Program-made: the position numbers and the translations under genes
The notes under the pieces: model-generated
Database searches by the model: none
What the model was told of the DNA's origin: nothing
The model's input: only the letters and a program-made list of their open reading frames with translations
Assembly (NCBI GenBank): GCA_965153355.1
Contig: OZ231126.1
Coordinates: forward strand, 48,608,001-48,672,000
Direction: 5' to 3'
DNA length: 64,000 nucleotides
Source of the DNA: Flaccisagitta enflata
Taxonomy: Eukaryota
Shown here: piece after piece, positions 39,325 through 53,665 of the stretch
How the letters are laid out: every line of letters starts with the position of its first letter
Numbering within the stretch: position 1 is the stretch's first letter

Positions 39325-41333
39325 CCTTAAGATATCAATCCTCAAATCGCCTGTGATATTCCATCGACATTCTGGACCCCATTATTGTGTCACTTTGACC
39401 CCCCCCCTCAAAGGCCATTCCATTTCACCTTCATATCTCAGCTCAGAGGTTAAATTTTGAAATTTCATCGAAGGCCCCAAAAGTAGTGATCTTCCATCTC
39501 TACAATCATTCATTTGGGCTCCTAGGAATGGCAGATTGCTTATTGAAATATAACATCGTCGAATCCATCCTAACTCCACAAGCCATTTCAATTTTTTTCT
39601 TATTTTTTACTCACGTGAATGCTTCGTGGTTTCTCCCTCGACCCAGAAGAAATGGATCGCTTTAACCAATAAGGGACAGTGAGAGTTGGAATTATGACCT
39701 CACCACTTGTCTACACCAATCAAAGAAATAAACGGCGACAGCATGCCACGAAAAACATTTCCTTTCATCAAGGGACCTAACGGGGAGTGCAACTTGCATA
39801 GAAACTTCTTGTAAGATGCGTCCTTGCGTCTCTTAGAGGGTGTGTAGATATGTAGGTACATAGGTATGTAGGTAGGTATGTAGGTAGGGGCGAGAGGAGG
39901 AAGAAGCCTTGTTGCATGCAAAACTTCAATAGGGAGGAACTTTTTTTTGAGCAACAACTTATTGTTTTAATCTAATTAAATTCATACTTCATGATTTTAG
40001 TTTTTAGAGGCTTTGTCTGTTTGTCGGTCCGATGGTCCATCAGTTTGTCGGTCTGTGCTGATCGAGTTGAAGAGTTGAAAAACAGATGTCTAAAATACTT
40101 TTTGTGTATAGTTTGTGAACGTTTGTGTGTAGGGTTGAAGTTGAGGGTTCGGATGTGGATGGGGGTCGGACGCCCCTTCCCATCCGTCCGCAGCGAAATT
40201 GTAACCCCGCGTTACTTGACTCACCATTTTCAGATCAACTAAAAACCAATAAGTTTTGCCATTATCAAATATGCTATTACGTACAAAGTAAGACGTTCAT
40301 TTTCCATTCCGTCCAATAATACGGTCCGATGACATGATTGGAGTGGAGAAAGGGACTTGAGCTGCCATGAGCAAAGAGGCGAGGAAAACGAACTTCGGCC
40401 AAGTTGATGGTTGATCCTTGGGGTGCCTCGCAGCTCCCTAGACCCATGCGCCCATACTCCATTTCCCACTTCCAATTCCCCATTACCCCGTGAAGGTCAA
40501 AATTGCATACAGAGCAATGAGGTTGATAGGAGTAGTACTGACAAAAGAATAAATAAAACGATCAGAGTACCTTTCATAATACTGCGTGACCGGCATTCTG
40601 TCGCAAACTTTTCACCCCGTTTGGCGGTTGAGATTCTCCGGTAGAGCCACCGTTCGTAGTCATGAATGGCAGGGGTTTATAATGCAAAAAGATGATGAAT
40701 TTAAAGACGTATCCAAAAGAAGACAATTATGAAGTTAATGATAGCGCAAGGGCAATTGCTTGCCAACTGCACTTTTTTTTTAAATTCTTACTCTCACAAC
40801 ACAAGCAGATAATCATGCCCGTGAGAAAAACGCGTGGATCGTGAAAAAGTAAAGCAGGGTGGGTGATGAGAGGTAGTAGACCACAGAAACCTATCTACTT
40901 CTTCGAAATGCCTATATAAAATAAAATATTTGCTAAGTTTCATAATCCTCCGGCAAGGTTCAATAGGGCTTCAATCCCCTCACCAATTTTTTTAGATTCA
41001 GCTAATTCATTCAATAGATATCAATCAAAACATTAAGAGTAGATTTTCATTTTATAGATAGTAAACTGATCGTCGAGGACAACCAGGCCAGATACGCGGG
41101 CAGGGACAGGGTCGGCAGGAGCAAAAACACTTGTGAAAGCGACCTAAACTCCAAAAAAATATAAGTGTGACCAACCAAAAAGTTATCCATAGGGTAGCGT
41201 AAAATGAACGCACCAAATTGATGTTCTAAATTGTAAGGTATTCTCTGGATGACAAACATTGCATTTTGATATCTTTTTCACCTTCTTGTGACGCCATTCA
41301 GAACAAGGCCAAGAGATGCGTCATATTTAGATA

Positions 41334-41897
41334 CAGTAGATCTCGTCTTAACTTGAGATAACGGGGGCAGGCATTATGGAAGAACAAATGAAGCTAAAAA
41401 GCTGATAAAGTCTGATATTGAACTTTAAATTATAAAAGAATAATTTATTCCCCATGACACTTGGTTGCCATGAGAATACATTTCGATGTATTCTCATTAA
41501 AATATCAACATTTTGAGAGAGTTCTAGGGAACATTGCTGAAAATCAAAATTATTACAATTTTCCCACAATATGTTTAGTAAGAATATCGCTCGTTTGGCC
41601 GTTGCTAGGGAGCGTATCCATGTTTGACAACCCCTAGCAACCACTAGACTAGCAACATTCTTACAGAACATACTGTAGGAAAGCTGTAGCAATTGATTTT
41701 AAGCAATGTTCCCTTTAAAAATTTCTCAAAATGTTGATATTCTAGCGAAAATACATGGAAATGCGCTTCCATGGCAACCATCTATCATAGGCATCATAGG
41801 CATCATTTTAACAATCTATGTTCCAAATATCAATCCTTTTTATTTGTTTTCCTACAATGCTCGCCCCCGTTATCTCAAGTCTAGACGAGATCTACTG
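41334..41897. mobile_element. Tigger-like MITE with TA TSD
   Basis: TA|CAGTAGATCTCGTCT..ACTTGAGATAACGGGG ... CCCCGTTATCTCAAGT..AGACGAGATCTACTG|TA. Confidence 0.85.
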
Positions 41898-42582
41898 TAT
41901 GTAATAAAAAGACAGATGAAGAAATTTACAGAGAACTTTGAAGATCGCATTTTGAATAAGTATTTTTGGCATCGCACAAGCGCACTGTTGATTATCATTG
42001 CCAAGATGGCAAACCAAGAATTGTTTTACTAGTTATATTTGAATTGTCCAGACCAAGACCCAGACCAAGTAAGTACTGTTATACTAGTTTTAAATCGAAT
42101 TGTCCCTGGTTCACAAAAATTTACCCCGATTTGTTCTTAATCTCTCACTCTCTCTTTCATTCTCGTTCCCTCTCGTATAAAAACCGTCCTCGCTCCCGGG
42201 CTCTTTAGTTCAACCTTCGTCCGCGATAACTAGAAGATCACTTCTCTATGCAAGAAACCACCCAACAAACAGAAAAATTTCACACATAGCAAAAGAAATA
42301 CTGCAGCATAACTCCGTCCCACGAACAAAATTCATGTCCAAATTTTTCTTCTTCCTTTGGAACAACCACGATTGGTGCAAATGAAACAAGTTGCTTGCGC
42401 TGCAGAAAACGAGGCCCAATTGCTAAAATTGAACAACTCCGTTTCCGGTTAGTCTCGGTTTTAGGAGCTTAACAGGGGGTTTTAAGCACGAAAGTGCGAA
42501 TATGCGAATATGCAGTTGCAACTGTGTCACTTAGAAACTCGTGTTAATGCACGATTCTGATCCAATACAAAGCATTAAGATT

Positions 42583-43756
42583 GTCAGCGGTACCCGTGAC
42601 CTGTCTAAGTAGGTTGTGCTTAAAGTTGAGCAGGGCAGCGGACCCAAGGGGTCGATGACCTATGCTTTCACACGGGCAACTTCTCCTCTTCTGTCCCTCA
42701 CCCCCTCAAATCCCTGTCTTGAAGCCCAAATACCAGTCTCAAGGCTCAAATCCTAGCCTGGAGGCCCAGATCCCAGCCTGGAGGCCCAGATCCCAGCCTG
42801 GAGGCCCAGATCCCAGCCTGGAGGCCCAGATCCCAGCCTGGAGGCCCAGATCCCAGCCTGGAGGCCCAGATCCCAGCCTGGAGGCCCAGATCCCAGCCTG
42901 GAGGCCCAGATCCCAGCCTGGAGGCCCAGATCCCAGCCTGGAGGCCCAGATCCCAGCCTGGAGGCCCAGATCCCAGCCTGGAGGCCCAGATCCCAGCCTG
43001 GAGGCCCAGATCCCAGCCTGGAGGCCCAGATCCCAGCCTGGAGGCCCAGATCCCAGCCTGGAGGCCCAGATCCCAGCCTGGAGGCCCAGATCCCAGCCTG
43101 GAGGCCCAGATCCCAGCCTGGAGGCCCAGATCCCAGCCTGGAGGCCCAGATCCCAGCCTGGAGGCCCAGATCCCAGCCTGGAGGCCCAGATCCCAGCCTG
43201 CAGGCCCAGATCCCAGCCTGCAGGCCCAGATCCCAGCCTTCAGGCCCAAATCCCAGCCTTCAGGCCCAAATCCCAGCCTTCAGGCCCAAATCCCAGCCTT
43301 CAGGCCCAAATCCCAGCCTTCAGGCCCAAATCCCAGCCTTCAGGCCCAAATCCCAGCCTTCAGGCCCAAATCCCAGCCTTCAGGCCCAAATCCCAGCCTT
43401 CAGGCCCAAATACCAGCCTTCAGGCCCAAATACCAGCCTTCAGGCCCAAATACCAGCCTTCAGGCCCAAATACCAGCCTTCAGGCCCAAATACCAGCCTT
43501 CAGGCCCAAATACCAGCCTTCAGGCCCAATTCCCAGCCTTCAGGCCCAATTCCCAGCCTTCAGGCCCAATTCCCAGCCTTCAGGCCCAATTCCCAGCCTT
43601 CAGGCCCAAATCCCAGCCATGAGGAATTGGGCCTCAAAACAAAATTAGGCCTCAAAACTTGGATTAGAGGAGGGGGGGTACGTAGGAGGAGAAGGGGGAG
43701 AAATTTCCCCATGTGAAAGTATAGGTCATCGACCCCTTTGGGCCGCTGCCCAAAAA
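42583..43756 (-). mobile_element. Family A HINE-like element with a homogeneous 20-bp array (about 42752-43618)
   Basis: IR at 42633 and 43751; (GAGGCCCAGATCCCAGCCTG)n grading to (CAGGCCCAATTCCCAGCCTT)n. Confidence 0.8.
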
Positions 43757-44331
43757 GGAATAGGTGGTCATCTATCGGGGAATTGGCCACAAATGTACAA
43801 CTTGTACACAGAGGATTTGTTTTCAACCATTTGTCCATTCATCCCCCCCCCCCACCACCTCTTCATTGATGCAAAAAACCACTGCGACCAACGCCACTGT
43901 ATAACTTAACCAAATAACCAGGGTTAAGGTTTCGCTGACCATGTACAATCAGAATTCATTAAAAATACCATCACATATAATTCTTTCCTTTTTTTCAGGA
44001 CTCCCAAGCTCTGGTAGAAAAACGAGAGTTGGTCGCATTTGGCACTTCCTTTTTATGACCTACATTCGGACCTACATCTTTGATTGAACTACCTCATAAG
44101 GCAAGTACGATACACATTTTAAGGTTGGTGCACAATGGCAATTGCCTCAGAGAAATGAACCATGGATTTGATGGGGTCTTCACGTCTCAGTCCTGGTTGC
44201 CATCTTAGAACTCTTTTGGCAATGACTAGATCTTCAATCACAGCAATGAGGCAAATCCTTGCAGTTTGATGACAACTAATGCTTAACTCGATGTAAGAGC
44301 AATTTCGAATCTCGACCTCATTTCAAAACAG

Positions 44332-46071
44332 GAGGCTGTTGCGAATAACTTTCTCAAAAATACGAATCTCCACTCGGTAGTCAAGAAGATGGGACGCACC
44401 AAGGTGGACGAAAAGACCGGGGTCAACTCACGAACAAGATCCGTCTCAAACTGCTCCAACCCCGGCAGCGGTAGGCGCGAAAGATGAAAAGTATCTCTTT
44501 AACACCTGTAACACAATTATTGAAAAAAGGTTTTGATGCTACCATATCTATACCAAGATAATTAGATTTGAAAGGATTTTATCATTTGCGAAGACATAAA
44601 AATACTTAATTTTGGTCATGAATTTCATTCGAAATGATACAGATTAAGTCGAGAAATGCCAAAAATTTGACAGCGTCCCCATACCCCAATGAAAACCGCT
44701 CCAAAATTATCAAAAAATACCTCTGATTTTCAAAAGCACTTCAATTGGGTCATGAATTTCAATCAAATTGAATAATGGCAAGCTGGTTTGTATCGAATAA
44801 AATGTTATGATTAAAAATTATATGTCGCGAACAATCACCATCCTGTATGGTGTAAGTGCTTGTAATTGAGGCCGTGTTAAACAATCAAAACTGACTCTTC
44901 ATATGTATTGACTTATATTTTGACCCTATCACAGGCCTGTATATAATTGAGTTTTCCCCTCCCCCTGGTGGGGGGGGGGGAAATCTAAGGGTCTGGAGAT
45001 GGGGAAGGAAATCTAAGAGGGAAAAAAGAGAAAAAAAAAATTGGGGGAAAAAGTAACTTTTGACATTACCAAATCATTAAACTAGTTAGTAAAACACAAT
45101 TTAACACTATGTAAACCTTAACTACACTGTTTTATAGCTTTATCGAGAAGAAAATCATAGATTTTAAAACGCAGCGCATCGCGTCGTGGGGAAGGAAATC
45201 AAAGGCGGGGGGGGGGGGGGGAATCAGAAGCGACTCAATTAAATACACCCCTGCCCTATCAGTGTATGAAGCAGATAAAAGCTGATTAAACGCAATCTTT
45301 ATGAAGTTTTTTCAATAATTGTGTTACAGGTGTTAATCGTGAGTACTAATATCTTGCTCATTGATTTTATGAGAGGGCCAGTCCGTTTGTAGAAAGGTCT
45401 GTACATCACTGTTATTTTTTATACTTTGGATGATGTGAAATTGACCAGAATAGTGATTTTTGAGCGTGCTGGCGCCCTGCCTAACCGCAAGTGACTGCTC
45501 ATTAGTCGTGTATGCGGCCTGAATTCCACCTGCTCAGACATAGGAACCGCCGAAACAAATGAAAATATAAGGGTTCCGACTGACAACCCGATTCAGTCAA
45601 AACAAGCCCAAGAGGGCAACAGTCGCGTGCGTCTGGAAATGACAAACAAGAGCAAAAACATGTTTAAATGTTAAGAATGTTAAAACATGTTAAAAATGTT
45701 AAAAAATGTTAAAAAAAGATTAAAATGTTAAAAAAATGTTAAAAATGTTTAAAAAAAATTTAACAATGTTAAAAAGGTTAAAAAAGGTAAAATGTTAAAA
45801 AGTGTCAAAAAGTGTTAAAAAATGTTAAAAACCGTCAAAAAACACGCGACTAATAGGATCAAATCACAATCTTTGAACAGGTGACGAATTATCTGGTCCG
45901 TTTAAGTCGTATGACTTCAAGCAGATGACCAATATGAAGCGGTCTGCTCAGGGCTGCTCATGGAAAGACAAATCGAGCGTCAAGAAGTCGCCCTCTAACG
46001 CATCTTCCTACGGCGCCTGGGGGTCAACTTTGAAGAATGAGGTCAACTTTAAACAGATGCACTGGTGTTGA
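44332..46071 (+). CDS. Possible exon pair of an unknown gene (44332-44470 and 45881-46071)
   Basis: AG/GT-bounded, phase-compatible open frames EAVANNFLK...CSNPGS|GDELSGPFKSYDFKQM...HWC*; no recognisable domain. Confidence 0.35.
44503..45332. mobile_element. TTAA-targeting (piggyBac-like) MITE
   Basis: TTAA|CACCTGTAACACAATTATTGAAAAAA...TTTTTTCAATAATTGTGTTACAGGTG|TTAA. Confidence 0.85.
44932..45253. mobile_element. hAT-type MITE with 8-bp TSD CCCTATCA, nested in the TTAA element
   Basis: 21-bp imperfect TIR CAGGCCTGTATATAATTGAGT / CAGGGGTGTATTTAATTGAGT. Confidence 0.85.
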
Positions 46072-46122
46072 TATTATTTTGAGAGGGTTATTGATACCAT
46101 TTCTAAAACTTTTCCTTTCAAT

Positions 46123-46193
<71 letters not shown>

Positions 46194-48177
46194 TCTTTCT
46201 CTCTATTTTTCTTTCTTGTACATAACTCAATTAAACAAATTATCAAGTTGCCTAGCTTGGCCTTTAGATGACCCCAGGAATAGAATCCAGTGCTATCAGA
46301 ATACTTACTCATGCTTGCCAGGCACATTTACACGCTTACTTGCCTAATCGGGAGCTAATTGTACTCGTTATTTGCAGTTCCATTTATCTTTTGTTTAAGA
46401 TACGTCAACACATTCTTAGTCGCGTGCTACGCGACTTCACACCCCGCTTTGTCCGTCCGCCCGCCCGTCTGTCGGTCATGTTTTACTCTTTATTTTTTTT
46501 ACCACATTGCTCCCGCCCAGAGCCAAAATAGTCTAGTGAACTCAAATATGGCCCCTGCCCACCCGCACGCGATTTGGGCAGCTGTGTATACGGCCTTGTT
46601 ATTCAAGAAGATCTGTCGAGCTGTCCGGGGGTCCGTCCATCCATCACGCCTTTTCCTAAATCACGCGGATGACACATGGAGCTTCCCAATAGGGTTTCAT
46701 TTCTAAACATTCACTATCGTCTCGTCTCATGCCTACTGCATCAGTTTGCTGTACCCTTTGTTTTTTTTTCATTACGTTACACGGAAGAAAAAAATATTCT
46801 TCATTAAGGCTATGCGGTCTTTTTGTTTTTAAGTATTTTTAAGCAAATTGAGAGCTAGGGCTAGGGATGGGGTTGCCGATGGGCTTGGGGTTAGTCCTAG
46901 AGCCAGCATTAGGGCTAGGGACAAGTCAGCTTAAATTGGTGTAAGAGAAGGGATGCAAAGGACGTCGTCCAACGTCTGTTTGTTAGACTTACCCCTCTCT
47001 AACTCTAAAAAAAAAAAAAAAAGAAAAAACATTTCAAGAAAAGAAAAAAAAAAGCTTAATTAGGGGAAGGAATTAGAGAGTAAGGTTTCTTTTCAAATAC
47101 GCTGTCACTACTAGTAAAAGAATGAAATATAAGATGGAAGCCAACTAGATAAATGATAAACCCTGTCGGGCTTGAAGCTCTGTCGGACTTGAAACTGGTA
47201 GCCTAAAGCCCTTTGAGATTCAGCGCCATACGTTTATGGAGTGGGGCAGCAGGCCCAAAGCAGCAATTTCCTGTAGGATATCAGGGTATGCTCCACGACA
47301 ACATGAGGGGTTGTATCACAGTCATCAGATGACTGATTTCGGTCATATAAGGCGGAATGTAAGGTTGGGGGCAGATTTGAGGCCTCAAGAGCAGATTTTA
47401 GGCCTTGATTTGAGGTCGGGAGGGCTGATTTGAGATTTGGAGGGCTGATTTGAAGGCTGGAGGCCTGGAGGGCTGATCAGAAGTCCTGAGGGTAGATTTG
47501 AGTCAAAAAATAGAAAAAAAAACATAACATATGGTCTACAATTAGGTGGAAAAACATGAGTGTGAAAAAATGAAATTCATACATAGTGGGAAACAAGGCC
47601 TAGTATAGTAGGCCAATACGTGCGCCAAGTGGATTGTCAAGCGAATGCGTAACCGACCAACCGACGGACAGAGCCTCTTATTGACGTGCGTTGGCGCATG
47701 TAAAAACCAGTCATTCAAGGATCACATTTAATCAGCAGCACCCATTGCTATGATTAATAGCTGTTACAAAGTAATGGAGTGAGAGTAGAGCAACAACCGT
47801 ATAAGGACAGTGAGCTGGTGAACTTCTCGTTCTTGATGTTGATGTACAGAGAAGAGGAAGGGGAACCTGAAGAAGGCCTATTTTGTCTCAAGAGATGATT
47901 TTAGGCCTCAGTCAGTCAGTGGTATTTACTTAGGCCTCAGGCATAAGAGCTGATCTCAAGGCTGTGAAAACTGATTTCAGATCTGTAATGATTTCCGGCT
48001 GGAGAGCCCGTAGTTTTAGTGTTTTAGACCAAAATTCAGAGTATGGGGCTGAGAGAGCTGATCTCAGGGCTGTGAGCGTGGGTGTTCGGGGAGGAACGTC
48101 AGGGACGTCAGCCGACGTCCCTTTTTGTCGGACTTACACCCCTATCGGACTTAAGCCCATGTAAAAAAAGATGGCAA

Positions 48178-48787
48178 AAAAGCTTCAAAATTACAGTCCC
48201 CGACTGGGGACTGTAATTTTTGAAGCTTTCTCGTCGCGTAAACGCGACTCGAAAAAATACACGACAAAAAAAAAAAAAATTCAAAGAAAAACAAATTTCA
48301 AAAAAAAAAATTTTAAAAAAAAAAAAAAAAAAAAAACAATTTAAAAAAAAAAAAATTCAAAAAAAAAGATTTCAAAAAAATTTCAAAAAAAAAAAAAATC
48401 AAAAATTTTTTTTTGAAAAAAAAATTGATGTCCATGATGGCATGCATACTTAAAAGTCCATGACGGCATACCTTAAAGTCCATGACGGCATACCTTAAAG
48501 TCCATGACGGCATACCTTAAAGTCCATGACGGCATACCTTAATGTCCATGACGGCATACCTTAATGTCCATGACGGCATACCTTAAAGTCCATGATGGCA
48601 TACCATAAAGTCCATGACGTCATACCTTGAACATTAAACACTGAAGTCCAAGAAGGCAAACCTTGGTCCTTGGAGTCCTTGACGGCAAACCTTTTTTTAG
48701 AGGAATGGCATGGGTTATTTTATGCAATATTAGCAATATCTGTTTTTAAAACAGTCCACGGGAAGAAAAAACACTTACTCTCACTCT

Positions 48788-48879
<92 letters not shown>

Positions 48880-51800
48880 CCCACAACAGTAATATATTAC
48901 TACATAAATAAGTTTATATCTCATAAACCAGACTTCAGATTTAAATCGAATTTTGCAGGAGCTGTTTAATTGACATTATTTACCTGTTTACTAAGTTTTA
49001 AAAAAATTCATAAACTTTTACTACCCTTTGCCTATGAAAACTGCTTAAGTCCTAGTAACATAATACTACATAAATAAGCTAATATCTCATAAACCAGGCT
49101 TCAGATTTAATTCGAATTTTGCAGGGGTTGTTTATTTACTACCCTTTACTTGTATACCAAATTAGAAAAAATTTTCAAAAAAAAAATCTAAAAAAATTTT
49201 CAAAAAAATTTTCAAAAAAATTTTCAAAAAAATTTTCAAAGTTGATGACAACAGTCAAAGTTGATGACAATAGTTGAAAGTAATGACAGTAGTTGAAGGT
49301 GATGACAGTAGTTGAAGGTGATGACAATAGTTAAAGGTGATGACAATAGTTGAAGGTGATGACAGTAGCTGAAGATTATGAAAGTACTTGAAGATGATGA
49401 CATTAATTGACGATGATGACAATAGTTGAAGATGATGACAATAGTTGAAGATGATGACAGTAGTTGAAGATGATGATAGTAGTTGAAGAATGGAGATGAA
49501 TCTTGAAATCCATGGTGGCAAACCTTAAGAAAAATTAGAATGTACTGAATGAGCAAGTAAAAAAAAAATCATCAACTCCAATCCTTTATATAAATTGCCT
49601 AAGATATAGTAACATTACTGCATTACTACATAAATAAGCAAATATCTCATAAACCAGACCTCAGATTTAATTCGAATTTTGCAGGGGCTGTTCAATTGAA
49701 ATCCTTTACCTGTATACCAAATTAAAAAAAAATTCACACACCTTTACTACCCTTTACCTATGTAAACTGCCAAAGTCCTAGCAACATATTATTACATAAA
49801 TAAGCTAATATCTCATTAACCAGACCTCAGATTTAATTTAAATTTTGCAGGGGCTGTTCAATTGACATCCTTTACTTGTATACCAAATCAAAAAAAAATT
49901 CACACACCTTTACTACCCTTTGCCTATGTAAACTGCCTAAGTCCTAACAACATATTACTACATAGATAAGCTAATATCTCATTAACCAGACCTCAGACTT
50001 AATTCGAATTTTTCAGGGGCTGTTCAATTGACATCCTTTACTTGTATACCAAATGATAAAAAAATTCACATAGTTTTACTACCCTCTACCTATGTAAATC
50101 GCCTAAGTCCTAGTAACATATTACTAAATAAGTAGATAAGCTAATATCTCCTACACCAGACCTCAGATTTAATTCGAATCTTGCAGGGGTTGTTAATTTA
50201 GTACCCTTTACTTGTATACCAAATTAAAAAAAAATTCACATAGTTTTACTACCCTCTACCTATGTAAATTGCTTAAGTCCAGTAAAATATTACTACAAAA
50301 ATAATAGGCAAAGGGTAGTAAAAGTTTATGAATTTTTCTGAAAATTGGTACACAAGCTCCCATTGACATAAAAATAACACTGGTAAAGTTTCATGAACTT
50401 CTGAGGCCTGAATCAGAAGATATGAGAGGGTTTGACACAGAGGAACAGACAAACAGACTACGTATCACTGCTACTTCATAGTCACCGACGAAAACTGTTC
50501 GTCGGGGACAAAAAGAAAAAAAAAAAGCCAAAAAACTAAAGGCCACATCATGGTTACTAAAGTGAAAATAAACGCGGCTACTCGATCAGACCCGGTTACT
50601 CGATCAGACCCGGCTACTCGATCAGACCCGGCTACTCGATCAGACCCGGCTACTCGATCAGACCCGGCTACTCGATCAGACCCGGCTACTCGATCAGACC
50701 CGGCTACTCGATCAGACCCGGCTACTCGATCAGACCCGGCTACTCGATCACCCGGCACTGATCAGACCCGGCTACTCGATCAGACCTGGCTACTCGATCA
50801 GACCCGGCTACTCGATCAGACCGGCTACTTGATCAGACCGGCTACTCATCAGACCGGCCTCGATCAGACCCGGCTACTCGATCAGACCCGGCCACTGATC
50901 AGACCGCTACTCGATCAGACCCGCTACTCGATCAGACCAGCTACTGATCAGACCCGGCTACTCGGTCAGACCCGGCTATCGATCAGACCCGGCTACTCGA
51001 TCAGACCCGGCTACTCGATCAGACCCGGCTACTCGATCAGACCCGGCTACTTGATCAGACCCGGCTACTCGACCAGACCCGGCTACTCGATCAGACCGGC
51101 TTCGATCAGACCGGCTACTCGATCAGACAGCTACTCGATCAGACCCGCTACTCGATCAGACCCGGCTACTCGATCAGACCCGGCCACTCATCAGACCCGC
51201 ACTGACCCACCCGGCTACTGATCAGACCCGCTACTCATCAGACCCGGCTACTCGATCAGACCCGGCTACTCGATCAGACCCGGCTACTCGATCAGACCCG
51301 GCTACTCGATCAGACCCGGCTACTCGATCAGACCCGGCTACTCGATCAGACCCAGCTAACCTGGAAGTCCATGATGGCATACTTGGAAGTCCATGATGGC
51401 ATACCTGGAAGTCCATGATGGCATACCTGGAAGTCCATGATGGCATACCTGGAAGTCCATGATGGCATACCCGGAAGTCCATGATGGCATACCTACACAC
51501 GCACGTTGAATACAACGTGAAGATTACGGAAAAGGTATAGCACCCCCCCTTGCAGCTCATGTCGCCATAGCCACATGGTCGTGTATGGTATCATTCAATA
51601 TGTTATCTCAATACAATTTACGCCACCGAGGCGAATTTTGAATTTCGCCTCCGTTCAAGAGATATTCGCTCCAAAAGGCGAATTTTTTGACCTCCAAGGG
51701 GGTGTCCCCCGCCAAAGTTTGGGGTAGAATTTCTCAAGAACGTGAGCGAAATTCAAAAATCCCCTCGGTGGCGTAAATTGTATTGTGACAAGCTACAGAA

Positions 51801-52742
51801 TTATACCCCATATGACCCTGTAGAAGTTTTGTAATGAGCTGTAGGTAGGGATGCTAACCTTTTTTACGATTTTTGTTATCTTCACGTTGTATTACGCGAG
51901 GAAGTGTAGAAGTCCATGATGGCATACCTGGAAGTCCATGATGGCATACCTGGAAGTACAACAATGAAAAATGATAACTACGAAAATAAATAAAAAGTTT
52001 AAAAAAAAAGTTTATAAAAAAAAATTTCAAAAAAAAAAAATTTTTTTTTCAAAAAAAAAAAAATCAAAAAAAATTTCCAAAAAAAATATTAAAAAAAATT
52101 TTTTTTCTGAAAAAAAAATCATTTTTCAAAAAAATTCGAAGTCCAGGAAATAATGTTACTAGACTACAAACATCATAAATACCCTTATATTTTCTTAACC
52201 AATACTCAGAATTTACTGAAATCTTGCAGGGGAGCTTTAATTGATGCAATGAACCTTCACAACAAGTTTGAACAACATTGGTGAACCTTTACTACCCTTC
52301 CCCTATGTAAATTGCACAAGTCCAGGAATAAATATTACTAGCAAAATACCCTAATATCTTCTAAACCAATACTCAGAATTATCTGAAATCTTGCAGGGGA
52401 GCTTTATTTGATGCAATGACCCTTCACAGCAAGTTTGAACAACATTGGTGAACCTTTACTACCCTTCCCTTATGTAAATTGCACAAGTCCAGGAATTAAT
52501 ATTACTACAAAAATAATAGGCAAAGGGTATTGAATATTTATGAATGTTGTTGAAAGTTGGTACACAGGTTAGTAATGCCCTAAAAATAACACTGACCAAG
52601 TTTCATCAACATCTGAATACTGGTTCTCAAGTTTTCGAGGGTTGACACAAACGACAACGACGACGACGACTCACTACACGAAAGGAATTTTCAAGGCTAT
52701 GTTATAGACCACATCGAGAAATAACTCGATGTGGCCAAAAAA
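48178..52742. mobile_element. Hairpin-bounded composite of HINE-like element(s) with several internal tandem arrays
   Basis: Hairpins at 48178-48229, 50483-50508 and 52708-52734; 22-bp, about 175-bp, 19-bp and 18-bp arrays; the same start recurs at about 56948-57385. Confidence 0.55.
50576..51356 (+). repeat. 18-bp minisatellite (GCTACTCGATCAGACCCG)n
   Basis: Direct inspection; centre of the array is noisy. Confidence 0.95.
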
Positions 52743-53665
52743 GAATGAGAGAAAAAGAAAAACAGGAGAAAGTGCATACATAGGGGAAGATTGATAGTAA
52801 ATGTGTTTTTCTGTAAAATAAGGCTGTCAGTTCTTCCATGAGAATGTAATTTAAGTTTAGAAAAGAATGAATAAGTAACGAAACCTGTTGGGCTTGAAGC
52901 TCTGACGGACTTAAAACTGGTTGCCGACAGCCCTTTCAGTTTCCACGCCATACGCATATGGCTGTGAGAGCTGATTTCAGGCCTGTAAGATCTGATTTTA
53001 GGCCTGACAAAGCTGAATTCAGACCAAATCTTACAGTAGAAGGCCAAAATTTAAGGCTTCAACCGACTTGTGCTTTACAGGACATCAACCCTTTGAGGCC
53101 CCTGCCCAAAAAGGGCCCAGGGAGGAGGGAAAGGAAATTGGACTACTTACTATCTTGGAAACAAAATTTCGCCTATAAGCATTTATGCATTAATTTAAAA
53201 ATAGGAATACCATTTAATTTCAAATCATTTAATGATTGTTCAAGCTACTACTTGACTCAATTAAAAAGCCACACTTTTAAATGGCAAATTGTCATACTGA
53301 ATTTCAAAAAAACTAATCAAAATCTTAGACCGTTAGAAAGCTCTTGAAAAGATCTTTTATTTGGCTCCAATCTGGCAATTCTAGCTTTTTTCATTTAGAA
53401 ATGGCATAAGAATATGTAGAAACATTGCCATAATCAATTTGCAATCTCATTGAAAAATGAGCATTTTTACAAATTAGAAGATAACTTTGACAAGCTGTAG
53501 CTCCTAAACCATTTGAGATACAGATCTGGGATTAGTCTAGAATGAAAGAAAATTTGAAAATCTTTCAAAATACTTCAACAGAAAAATGATTAAATGATTT
53601 GTTTTTATTAATTTATTTATTCATCAACTCAAAATAGGGTGCGGGTTTTTTTTTGTCGAGTAGTA

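Noticed and set aside
40300-40670. GC-richer unique segment with short ORFs
   Set aside because: No recognisable motif and no consistent splice chain found.
42662-43648. 328-aa ORF, and similar ORFs at 50550-51221 and 58111-58518
   Set aside because: Read-through of 18-21-bp minisatellites inside transposon-like elements.
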